From Octopus sinensis (taxonomy: Eukaryota), in assembly GCF_006345805.1 (NCBI RefSeq), contig NW_021824114.1:1-19876 (forward strand): a stretch of DNA of 19,876 nucleotides, given 5' to 3'. Shown here one piece after another: positions 9,416 through 19,384 of the stretch (within the stretch, counting starts at the first letter, position 1; every line of letters begins with the position of its first letter). The notes under the pieces were generated by a model, which saw only the letters and a program-made list of their open reading frames with translations, was not told the origin of the DNA and searched no databases. Both the position numbers and the translations under genes were made by a program.

Positions 9416-10116
9416 CGAGCTAACCCCCCCCCCCGTCCAATGGACGGTGCTGAGTTGTCAAACATTTAAACCAAATTTTCTCAAAAAAACTTGTCCAACT
9501 GTCCCATAGGCCACCTCTTTGAGAAACACTGATTTAACCTAAATTTGAGACACCAGCAAAAGAAGAAATAAAGATAGACTTTTTTTCCATTCCAAAGAAA
9601 AACGATTTTATTCACACAAATATGCAACCAAAGAGGTTAGAGTACCAGTAATGATAAGGCTGTTGACTGGGAGAACACAAACATGGTTTAAATAGTAAGC
9701 TTGGCAGGAAAGAAACGTGCCTTTAAGCAGTACAAAAGCAACAAAAAAATGGAAGGTGCAGTTATGTACAGGTTGACGGAAGGAAAGCAGGATAAAAACG
9801 ATGCATGAAAATAGGTTAGCTGGAAGTAAATCTAGATGGAAAAGCATGATGATTTTTTTGCACAAACTGCACATGCATTTTTATCGCGTATGCATAGTAT
9901 CAATCGCAACAGCTGATGTACTTGCGCATACAAATGCACGTTCCCATGGCTTTATCGATCGCATTCTCACCTGGAATCGATTTTTGTAATTTTTTCAAGA
10001 TTTATACACGCCCTGATACCGTTGGTATCTACATATCAGATTTGAGCGCAATCGGTTGGAGGATGCCTGAGATCCTAGAAGACACACACACTGACCTACA
10101 GAACGGATTTTATATA
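9416..10116 (-). mobile_element. Probable non-autonomous Helitron-like element
   Basis: Minus-strand 3' end has a hairpin CCGTCC-ATT-GGACGG (9433-9447) 13 nt before CTCG|T (one change from CTAG|T). Minus-strand 5' end reads TATATAAAATCCGTTCTGTAGGTCAGTGTGTGTG...CCGATTGCGCTCAAATCTG, resembling animal non-autonomous Helitron 5' ends. The terminal TC is not seen because an RTE tail abuts it. Confidence 0.6.
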
Positions 10117-11392
10117 ATCATCATCGTTTAATGTCCGTTTTCCATGCTAGCATGGATTGGACGGTTCAACTGGGGTCTGGGAAGCCAGAAGACTGCGCCA
10201 GGCCCAGTTTGATCTGGCAGTGTTTCTACAGCTGGATGCCCTTCCTAACGCCAACCACTCCGTGAGTGTAGTGGGTGCTTTTTACATGCCACCTGCACAG
10301 GTGCCAGACGAGGCTGGCAAACAGCCACGATCGGATGGTGCTTTTTACATGCCACCGGCACAGGGGCCAGACGAGGCTGGCAAACGGCCACGATCGGATG
10401 GTGCTTTTTATGTGCCACTGGCACAGGGGCCAGACGAGGCTGGCAACGACCACAATTGGATGGTGCTTTTTACGTGCCACCAGGACAGAGGCCAGCTGGG
10501 GCAGCACTGGCAACGGCCACGTTCGGATGGTTCTCTTACATGCCACCGGCACTGGTATCACAGCTACAATTTCCATTGATGTTGATCGATTTCGATTTCA
10601 ATTTTCACTTGCCTCAACAGGTCTTCACAAGTGGGGATTGCGTCACAAGAAGGAAAGGTATGCATAAGTGGGCTGGCTACGTCCCAGGTAGAGGCCATGG
10701 GTTATGGTCTCACTTATCCTGCCGGGTCTTCCCACGCACAGCATACTTCCAAAGGCCTCAGTCTCTGGTCATTTCCTCGGTGAGACCTAAAGTTCAAAGG
10801 TCGTGCTTCACCAACTTGTCCCAGGTTTTCCTGGGTCTACCTCTTCCACAGGTTCCCTCAACCGCTAGGGTGTGGCACTTTTTCACACAACTATCTTCAT
10901 CCATTCTCGCTACATGACCATACCAGTTCAAACGTCTCTCTTGCACACCACAACTGATGCTTCTTAGGTCCAACTTTTCTCTCAAGGTACTTACACTCTG
11001 TCGAGTATGAACACTGACATTACACATCCATCGGAGCATACTGGCTTCATTTCTTGCGAGATTATGCATATCCTCAGCAGTCACGGCCCAAGTTTCACCG
11101 CCATGTAGCATGGCTGTTCGTACACATGCATCATACAGTCTGCCTTTTATTCTGAGCGAGAGGCCTTTGTCACCAGCAGAGGTAAGAGCTCTCTGAACTT
11201 TGCCCAGCCTATTCTTACTCTAGTAGTTACACTTTCAGCACACCCACCCCCGCTACTGACTTGGTCACCTAGGTAATGGAAGCTATCAACAATTTCTAGT
11301 TTTTCTTCCTGGAATGCAGCGGAAGTTGGTCTCTGAGCATTTCAGTTATTATTGCTCCTGAGCGTCTGCCACATACAAAAACTATCTTCCCA
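10117..11392 (-). mobile_element. 5'-truncated RTE-clade LINE copy, same family as 4770-7977
   Basis: ORF 10794-11111 (MLHGGETWAVTAED...GRGRPRKTW) is nearly identical to the C-terminus of 4781-5923. Same 3' UTR with only ~3-4 short units, and a (GAT)n tail at 10117-10126. Confidence 0.95.
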
Positions 11393-11590
11393 TTGGCACA
11401 AGGCCAGCCAGATTGGGGAGGGGATAAGTCAATTACATTAACTCCAGTGTTCAACTGGCACTTATTTTATTGACCTCAGAAAGATGAAAGGTAAAGTTGA
11501 CCTCAGCGGAATTTGAACTTAGAATGTGGAAACTGACAAAATACTGCTAAGCATGCTTCCCAGCATTCTAACAATTCTTACTACTTTGGT
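11393..11590 (-). mobile_element. tRNA-derived SINE, family B
   Basis: GATGAAAGGTAAAGTTGACCTCAGCGGAATTTGAACTTAGAA core shared with the neighbouring copies. Confidence 0.8.
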
Positions 11591-11790
11591 AATAATAATA
11601 ATCTTTTCTACTATAGGCACAAGGCCTGAAATGTTGAAGAAGGGAGATAGTAGACTACATTGACCCCAGTATTTCACTGGTACTTAATTTATTGACTGCG
11701 AAAGGATGAAAGGCAAAGTCGATTTTGGTGGAATTTGAACTCAGAACTTAGTGACAGACAAAATACTGCTAACAATTCTGCCAGCTCACT
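11591..11790 (-). mobile_element. tRNA-derived SINE, family B, with (ATT)n tail
   Basis: Same core (GGATGAAAGGCAAAGTCGA...GGAATTTGAACTCAGAAC) and head GAGCTGGCAGAATTGTTAGC on the minus strand. Confidence 0.82.
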
Positions 11791-11799
11791 TTCATCAAG

Positions 11800-12020
11800 G
11801 AGGGTAGGGTAACACATCCCAGCCAAGCTGTTCCATTTTAAAGGGTTACAGAATTAACACAGGTTATAGGAACATAAACCTGCTTTCACGAAAAGATAGC
11901 TTAAACTGTGCTCTAAATGGAGGTGTAGTCAAATCCTATTTTATGGACTCAACCATGTTCTAAAATAAGTCGAAAGGTAAGCTACTGTGAATCGGCACAA
12001 ACTTTCTGGACAACCCAATA
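11800..12020. mobile_element. Possible mariner terminal fragment
   Basis: Ends in GCACAAACTTTCTGGACAACCCAATA, whose reverse complement TATTGGGTTGTCCAGAAAG resembles mariner TIRs and the TIR at 12899. No partner TIR found. Confidence 0.4.
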
Positions 12021-12226
12021 CTATAGGAACAAGCCTGATTTTTGGTGGGAGGGGACTATTCGATTACATCAACCCCAGTGTGTCACTGGTACTTAATTTA
12101 TCAACCCCGAAATGATGAAAGGCAAAGTCAACCTTGGCAGAATTCGAATTCAGAACATAGCAGCAGACGAAATACTGCTAAGCATCTTGCCCAGCATGCT
12201 AACGATTCTGCCAGCTCACCACCTTA
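12021..12226 (-). mobile_element. tRNA-derived SINE, family B (near full length)
   Basis: Minus-strand head AAGGTGGTGAGCTGGCAGAATCGTTAGC, B-box-like GAATTCGAATTC, and core GACTTTGCCTTTCATCATTTCGGGGTTGATAAATTAAGTACCAG. Confidence 0.85.
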
Positions 12227-12232
12227 ATAATG

Positions 12233-12264
<32 letters not shown>

Positions 12265-12372
12265 TCCTGATTAAGGTACATGGCCAGCAGTTTTGAGAGT
12301 AGGGTTTAGTTGATATGACTGACCTCAGTACTTGACTGGTACATTATTTTAGCAACCCCAAAACAATGAAAA
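12227..12372 (-). mobile_element. Family B SINE 3' fragment with (TAA)n tail
   Basis: (TAA)n at 12225-12262 followed by diverged GACCTCAGTACTTGACTGGTAC...ACCCCAAAACAATGAAA. Confidence 0.6.
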
Positions 12373-12898
12373 ACATCTGGTCTTAGAAACCTTGCCACAC
12401 AAAACAGGTGCATAATGCAGTCTTCTAATTCATCAGAGCCTGACAAACTGTTCAACCCATGTGAGCATGGAAGCTGAATGTTAAATGATAAGGAGGTTTG
12501 ATTGACTGATCTATTGTTTCATACATCATTTATCATGTATTCATTTTTATTTGTAACCTGGGTATGATGTGTATTCATGGGCTTTATGGTATGAGTATTG
12601 TCTCCATCATTAATAACTTGCTTTTGTGGTGAATTCTCTACACTGTGTGTTCTCTGCTAATACTTTCCTGTCTATTTTTGTTGTGCATTGTAGTACATAC
12701 ATACATATACATACGTAACTTTACTTTTCTTTGATACTTTCCCTTTGATGAAGAGCTAGCACCCAAAACATTAAGACCTCTTTTCTTTTTAAGCATTAAA
12801 TTCATACAATATTTGTTAAAACTTTCTCTTATGTCTCTTATGTTTTCTTTTATGTTCATTGTATTTACAATACATTCATTTGTACATATGTATATGTC

Positions 12899-13158
12899 TT
12901 GGGTTGTCAGATAAATTTGTTTGTCCCCCCACCTCATTCCATTTTAATCTTTTCCAGTGTCATTTGAATTTACATGAAAAACATTTTCATTGTACTCTTT
13001 TTTTGTTGTTTTCTTATTATTTGCTTTCTCTCTTTTGTAGCTCTATACCTTCTCTACAACTTTTATCGTTTTTGAAATTTGAATAAATTTCTCTTTTTTT
13101 CAGATATTTGACAATGAAGTACCAAGTAGAAAGAAACAAATGAATTTATCTGACACAA

Positions 13159-13160
<2 letters not shown>
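12899..13160 (+). mobile_element. Mariner-derived MITE / internally deleted mariner
   Basis: Inverted repeats TGTCAGATAAATTTGTTTGT (12905-12924) and ACAAATGAATTTATCTGACA (13136-13155), 18/20 match. Left end TTGGGTTGTC is mariner-like. ATG at 13114 gives MKYQVERNK, resembling a mariner transposase start. Confidence 0.65.
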
Positions 13161-13220
<60 letters not shown>

Positions 13221-13236
13221 TATATGCACACACACA
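13159..13236. repeat. (CT)n(TA)n(CA)n microsatellite
   Basis: Directly visible. Confidence 0.95.
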
Positions 13237-13409
13237 TAATATCAACACAAATATACATTTGCATGCGTAAATACATCTGCAGATTTAAGTAAAGCAATTG
13301 CTTCAGTTGATTTATATATTTATATATTGATAGATTGTATAAATGTACCTCTGTTACAAAAGAGTTTCTCAATAAAGGCCCTTAATAATCTGTGATTTTT
13401 TAATCTTTT

Positions 13410-13431
13410 TGGTTTTTTTTTCTTCTTGCAG
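13410..13431 (+). other. Splice acceptor of the large exon
   Basis: Polypyrimidine tract TTTTTTTTTCTTCTTGCAG with AG at 13430-13431, implying an upstream non-coding exon. Confidence 0.7.
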
Positions 13432-13467
13432 GCCTCACTGTAGAAATGGATAGGTAGCCTTTGGCGT

Positions 13468-15378
13468 ATGTATGACCACCACCAGATGGCAGCACGCCTA
13501 TCACAATATGGTGGCCATGGCAATGATTCCCGCACCCTTTGGTCAAAACAAGAGCAGCAGCAACAGCAGCATCAGCAGCATCAGTCACATTATGTGCAGC
13601 AGCAAACTCGACCACAGCTGCAGCAGAGTGTGCGCGACTCTTCGTCATACCAACCCATGAAACGAGATGACTTTGACCATCGGCCCGTCTCCGTCACAAG
13701 TCATACATCTAGTGAAACTGAAGACTCCCAAAACCGAGACAGTCTGACCACTGTTCTCTTACCCTCGTCACCGCTGGCATCCTCAGGTAAACCTGGAAGA
13801 AGGGACCAGGTATCGATTGATCTCTCCTCCTTACCAGACATAAACTCTGAACGTGCTCGCTTTCGTACCCTTGAAGAAAGTCGACGACAGATCTTTACAA
13901 AACGATTCCCGAGTGCTCCTTACAAACCCATCAAACCCCTCACACGCAAACCATTCTGCCTCACATTCTGGAGCAGTCTCCTTTTCTTCTTTGCTGCTCT
14001 CCTCACTTTTTTTCCATTCTATGCCATCATCTTTGCCTTCTTTCCCATCTGTGTTTTTCTCAAGATGGTACTCGCTACATGTTGCTGCTGTTGCCAAGAC
14101 TCTCATGCATGCACATGCTGTTGTGCAACACATCTGACAACGCATGAAAAAATGTGGCTACGATCGCCACCGCTGAACAGCGCTGTGATCCAGTGCCTTC
14201 TCGTGGTCGAGCATGGTCTGGACACGCCCACAATCAAGGATCTTCTCTACACACGGTTAATTATTGCTGAAAAACGGCGCAACCAAGCCACCTTTCCACG
14301 TCTTGTGCAGAAGGTGGTTCCATTCTGCACTGGATATGCATGGGTCTACGATGAAGACTTCAACCTAGAAAACCACATTCATACTTTATCGGACTTCATA
14401 CATACTGAGGAAGAGTTACAGGACTTTGTGTCGGAAATGGCCAGCAAAGAACTAAACATGAATCATCCGTTGTGGGAGGTGCAAATTATCCATAATTTTG
14501 GACCGAGCAGAGACACCCTAATCCTGTTTCGGATCCACCCTTGTATGTCTGATAGCACAAGTCTTGTTAGAGTTTTTTTGAAGGCTTTTGTTGATAATCA
14601 ACCTAACCTTAGTCCCACTCGCCACCTGCCCAAGGGTAGGATGTGCATGAACTATATTGGTGGAATTTTCACAGGTCCACTGGTGTTTTTACAGAAATGG
14701 CTCTGTACAAAATCAGATCTAAATCTATTGCATGGCAACCATGTTCATTTGTCGGGTCGCAAAATCGTGGCCTGGTCCCAACCTTTTAGTCTCTCTGTAG
14801 CTACCCGTGTGAAACAGATTGCTCGATGCACACTCAATGATCTCTTTATGTCGCTGGTGGCAGGAGGGTTACGGTCCTACCTGCAGCAGAACGGTATCGA
14901 GAACCCGTTTAACCTGAAGTGCATCATTCCAGTGAACATGCAGGTGTGCACCAACAACATGAGCAATCATTACGTGTTTATAAACAGCACAATTCCAACA
15001 AACACTGAAGGTGCAATTCCCCGCTTGTGGCATGTTAAGTGCAGCATGGCAAAATTTAAAAAGTCATCTGAGTACCTTGTGTTGAATGGTGCCATGTGGT
15101 TAAGTAGTTGTATGTTGCCAGAAAGCTGGCATGATCGCGTCTGGTCAACGATTAATAATCACTGTACATGCCTCATCTCAAACATGGCAGGGCCTGAGAA
15201 TGTGCTCACACTTGACACGAAGGTCATACGTAGCATCATGTACTGGATGCCGACGCCTGACCAAGTGCCCATCGCAATATCATTCTTCACCTACGCTGAA
15301 CAGATACGTATGGCTGTGATAGGGGATCGTTCTGTGCTTCCTAACCCAGAATTCCTCACCAAATATTTTGTGTTTCAG
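13468..15378 (+). CDS. First coding exon (637 codons) of a WS/DGAT-family (wax ester synthase / diacylglycerol O-acyltransferase-like) protein
   Basis: Long open frame with an in-frame upstream stop (13441-13443). Family-like motifs: FPRLVQKV, WVYDEDFNLENHI, ELQDFVSEM, HPLWEV, LFRIHPCMSDSTSL, CTLNDLFMSLVAGGLRSYL, IPVNM, ISNMAGP, ISFFTYAEQIRMAV. Consensus donor CAG|GTGAGT at 15378/15379 (phase 0). The next exon was not identified in the window. Confidence 0.88.
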
Positions 15379-15384
15379 GTGAGT
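15379..15384 (+). other. Splice donor GTGAGT
   Basis: Perfect CAG|GTGAGT match; the sequence becomes T-rich and intron-like immediately after. Confidence 0.85.
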
Positions 15385-15495
15385 AGCAATTTTTTTTCTC
15401 TCTCTTTCACTTTCATTGTTGTTATTGTTGCTTATAGAAAGCTGACAAAATCGCTCACCAAACAGAATGCTTAACAGTATTTCATCAGTTTTTAC

Positions 15496-15612
15496 ATTCA
15501 TCATCATCATCATTGCTTAACATCTGCCTTCCATGCTAGCAGAGGTTGGACGATTTGACAGGGGCTGGCTAGGTTTTTGCAGCTGGATGCCCTTCCTAAC
15601 ACCAGCCACCCA
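15496..15612 (-). mobile_element. RTE 3'-tail fragment with (GAT)n
   Basis: (CAT)n then TTCCATGCTAGC...CAGCTGGATGCCCTTCCTAAC, matching 10117-10257. Confidence 0.75.
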
Positions 15613-15622
15613 GCTGGTGTTA

Positions 15623-15725
15623 GGACATTCTGAGTTCAAATTCTGAGGTCATCTTTGCATTTCATCCTTTCAGGGTCGATAAGATAAGCACCAGTCAAAT
15701 ACTGGGGTCAATGTAATCAACCTAA
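15623..15725 (+). mobile_element. Family B SINE fragment
   Basis: TTCTGAGTTCAAATTC...TTTCATCCTTTCAGGGTCGATAAGATAAGCACCAG. Confidence 0.75.
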
Positions 15726-15925
15726 GTCTTCCTGGATAAGAGTATAAAAACTGCACCCCTCTACCAAGCCATGTTGAGCCAGTGTGACAGTATGCTCATC
15801 AAACCAGTGGGATCTCAGGCTCAAATTTGCAGCCTCCACATCTGACCATGGTTGGTGGTGAGGACATGCTAAGTCCTTTGTCCTGCAAGGAACTGAACAT
15901 AGGCAATCCAATCCAAGTTGTTGAT

Positions 15926-16335
15926 AGGTGTAGGAGTGGCTGTGTGGTAAGTAGCTTGCTTACCAACCACATGGTTCCAGGTTCAATCCCACTGCATGGC
16001 ACCTTGGCCAAAGGTCGTCTACTATAGCCTCGAGCCGACCAATGCCTTATGAGTGGATTTGGTAGATGGAAAGTGAAAGAAGCCCATCGTATATATATAT
16101 GTATGTGTGTGTGTGTGTATATATTTGTGTGTTTGTGTTTGTTCCCCCCCCCCCAACATCACTTGACAACGGATGCTAGTGTGTTTACGTCCCCGTAACT
16201 TAGCAGTTCAGCAAAAGAGACCGATAGCATAAGTACTAGGCTTCCAAAGAATAAGTCCTGGGGTCAATTTGCTCGACTAAAGGTGGTGCTCCAGAATGGC
16301 CACTGTCAAATGACTGAAATAAGTAAAAGAGTTAG
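15926..16335 (+). mobile_element. Full-length tRNA-derived SINE, family A
   Basis: A box TGGCTGTGTGG (15937-15947), B box GGTTCAATCCC (15980-15990), internal (TA)/(GT) tract. Collinear with 1622-1997. Confidence 0.9.
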
Positions 16336-16344
16336 AGAGATAGT

Positions 16345-16482
16345 AGGGGAGGCAAAATAGCAAAATTTTTACTATGGTGACCAAACTGCTTGCTGGCATT
16401 TCTTCTGGCTTGACATTGTGAGTTCAAACATTGTCAAGGCTGATTTTGTCTTTCAGACCTTTAGGGTTGAAAAAATACATAC
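16345..16482 (+). mobile_element. Diverged family B SINE
   Basis: ACATTGTGAGTTCAAAC...TTTGTCTTTCAGACCTTTAGGGTTGA. Confidence 0.55.
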
Positions 16483-16615
16483 CAAATCCACTCACAAGGT
16501 GCTGGTTGGCCCCAGGCCTGTAGTTGAAGACACTTGCTCAAGCTGACACATAGTGGAACTGAACACAGGTCCATGTGGTTGAGAAGCAAATTTCTTACCA
16601 TGCCAACCACACCTG
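16483..16615 (-). mobile_element. Family A SINE 5' part
   Basis: CAAATCCACTCACAAGG...GAAGACACTTGCTCAAG...GAAGCAAATTTCTTACCA is the reverse complement of the family A head. Confidence 0.75.
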
Positions 16616-16744
16616 TCACAGATACTGACTCAGATGGTAAAGAGGAATTCCAAAAACCTGGTGGAAAGTGTTTGATGTCTGAAATAAAGTTTATTGGGTG
16701 TAGTTTGTGTTGTAGTATTGTTCTTTTGTGAATTGGAACTTAAA

Positions 16745-17006
16745 AAGAAAACTGGCACTTCATCAGTTTCAACAACCAGGTTTCCAGTTGATCTGAACTA
16801 CAGAACAGTCAGCTTGTGAAATTAAAATGCAAGTGGTTGAGTACTCCACAGACGTGCATGACACAGAATGTGACAAGTCTGGCCCTTTGAATGACAGGTG
16901 TAACTTAATTTTGCCAGCCGGAGCAACATTAAATAAAGTGTCTTGCTCAAAGACACATGGTGCTACCAGCAATCAAACTCATGGCCTTACGATTGCAAGC
17001 TGAATA
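16745..17006 (-). mobile_element. SINE-like repeat (further family)
   Basis: Minus-strand tRNA-like head remnants and GTGTCTTTGAGCAAGACACTTTA, typical of SINE post-tRNA regions. Shares GCTGGCAAAA with the next element. Confidence 0.55.
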
Positions 17007-17029
17007 AAAGGTTACCTTCTTGTATCATG

Positions 17030-17236
17030 CCAACTCATAAGGGCCGGTTCCCCAGTTTCTATGGTGTGTATATTCACCCACCTGGACGGGACGCCAGCCC
17101 TTTGCAGGATTACTCATTTTTGCCAGCTGAGTGGACTGAAGCAACATGAAATGAAGCATCACCCAGTGCAAGAATCGAAGTCACAATCTTACAATCACAA
17201 GTCGAACACCCTAACCACCGACCCACAGGCCTCCAC
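17030..17236 (-). mobile_element. tRNA-derived SINE, family C
   Basis: Minus-strand head GTGGAGGCCTGTGGGTCGGTGGTTAGGGTGTTCGAC...TTCGATTC; 3' region shared with the insert at 331-523. Confidence 0.75.
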
Positions 17237-17254
17237 AGTGAGACTCTACCATAG

Positions 17255-17612
17255 CAGAGTAGTGGTAGTTTAGTGTAGTGGAGTTGCTGTGGATAATATA
17301 GAATAATGTAGTATAGTGCAGGGTAGGTTATAGTGTACTATGATAGTGGTGTAGGTCATGGTTTAGTGTGCTGTGGTGTGGTGGTAAAGACCTAGTATCG
17401 GCACAGCTTGAGGTGCTGTGTATTACAGTATATGAGTAGTATGAAGTACTGTGTTAGAGAAAAGTAGTAGTGGTCGTGGTAGTAGCAGTAGTTGTGGTTG
17501 TGATGACGGTGATGGTGGTAGTTGTGGTGGTGGTGGTGGTGGTGGTGGTGGTGGGTGGTCGTCGTTGTGATGGTTATGGTGGTGGCAGCAGTTCTTGTTG
17601 TTGATGGTGGTG
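17255..17612. repeat. (GTA)/(GGT)n low-complexity tract
   Basis: Directly visible; explains the poly-Pro/His ORF 17423-17638. Confidence 0.9.
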
Positions 17613-17879
17613 TTTAGCCCCAGGTCAGCTCTGGTCAAGCAGATTCATGACCGAAAGCATTCCAAGTTTGACCATCCAGTCTTTTAGAGTTTAGGTGGTG
17701 AGGAAAAACTGGCAAGGTCGACATAATGAAGAACCTTATCTAATGTCTCTTTTCCCTTATTGAGGGAGGAGGGGTGTGCCAATTTGAGGGAGATTTGGCT
17801 GATTGGCTGGTAGGCTGCTATTTCTAGCAGGTCGACCTACCACTTAGGTACTTCCTATTAAATCAGAAGAGTATTACGT

Positions 17880-19320
17880 AGAGAGTGAGTAGTGGTGGTG
17901 GTGGTGGTAGTAATGGTAGGGAACAACAGATAGATGGATGTAGTGAAAGAGAGAGAGAAAGAGGAGAGGTAGCTATGTGTGTGTGTATTGTCTGGTATTC
18001 ATTCTCTGGTTTTAACAGCAAATGTTGTGGTGGTGGTGGTGTTGGTGGTATGTTTCTGTGTTGTATGGAGAAGTGGGTGAGTGGGTGGATGTTGCAGTGC
18101 ATTTCTACTACATACACACATATTCGCATACAGGCACACACACACACACACACATACACATAGGCAGGCACAAACACAAAGATGCAAACACACACGTACA
18201 GGCATGCACTAACACTCACCATGCACACACAAGTATGCACTGTGCGTGTGCATGTACAAACATGCACTCACGCTCACATACACACACACACAGAGTCAAC
18301 TAGACAACCTTAAACACACAAACATAGACATTAATATACATACTATGCACACATAGAAACAAGCAGATATGCTTGCACACGCACACATTCATTTGCATAC
18401 ACATACATACACGTGCACACATCACTCTCTTCATATCTAAGAGGAAAGTAGCTTCAGGTGCAGCAGGGGTGGGGGAATAGATGAGTAATACTGTATTTGT
18501 GGCGGCGGTGAAAGGGAGAGAAGGTGAATTGCTTAGTGGTATGTTGCCCTCAGGGTTGGTGGGATTGAGGTATTGTAACAATAATAATAATACTTGTTAT
18601 TATGGTGGTGGTGCTGGTGCTGGTGCTAGTGGGGGCAGTTGATAGAATGGTAGCAATGTGTGGGAGTTGAAGGTAATAAGGAGATGATGTCTTTTGATGA
18701 TACAAGGTGATGATGATGGTGATGATGATGATAGTGGTGGTAGCGATGATGATGATGATTAAGATGTGTTTGTCTGCTCATCTGACTGTATGTCTATATC
18801 TTTATCAATTCATTTATCAGTCTATTTATCTTCCTATACATCTACTCTCTATTTCGCTATCTACTTATGTATATACACATATAGTAAATGTAACTATGGT
18901 GATGATGGTGCTGGTGTTGTTGGGTGCTGATGGTGATGGCAGCAGTATTAATATTTGTCTACCTACCTATCTATCTACCCATCTATTTATCCATCTATCT
19001 TGCATTATATGTAGATGCCTATGTAGCTATCTGTCTATTTGTCTGAATCTCTCTCTCTTTCTCTCTCCCCATTTGTACATGCATACATACATACGCACCC
19101 AGACACTCACACACACACATATATACATACGCACATACATCACATTACATCTGGTCTGCCTGCCTGCCTGTCTGTCTGTCTCATTCTATAGAAGATGCTG
19201 TTTGGTAAGATAATTATCAAGAACATAGATAGGTAAGAGGCTAATGGTGGTGGCGGTGGTAGTGGTGGTATGGGTTGTGGTGGAGGTGGTGTTCATGGTC
19301 ATTGGTGGTAGCAGCAGTGA
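17880..19320. repeat. Extended mixed simple-repeat region ((GGT)n, (GA)n, (CA)n, (GAT)n, (TCTA)n)
   Basis: Directly visible; explains the low-complexity ORFs in this interval. Confidence 0.85.
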
Positions 19321-19384
19321 CTTTATGCGACTTCTTGACCTGCAAGGAAGAGTAGCCAAATCTTCCTCTGTTGAAATATACTGC

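Noticed and set aside
12745-12770. Hammerhead-ribozyme-like TTGATGAAGAGC...AAAAC
   Set aside because: Both core boxes deviate (CTGATGA to TTGATGA, GAAAC to AAAAC) and stem II does not pair. At most a dead relic of a Penelope-type element.
13831-14145. Antisense and alternate-frame ORFs overlapping the WS/DGAT exon
   Set aside because: Shadow ORFs of the main coding frame with no independent support.
15379-15474. C-terminal 31 aa of the 668-aa ORF (VSSNFFSLSF...)
   Set aside because: Most likely intron read-through past a perfect CAG|GTGAGT donor.
15926-16000. tRNA gene (A and B boxes)
   Set aside because: No convincing cloverleaf; it continues into a multi-copy SINE body.
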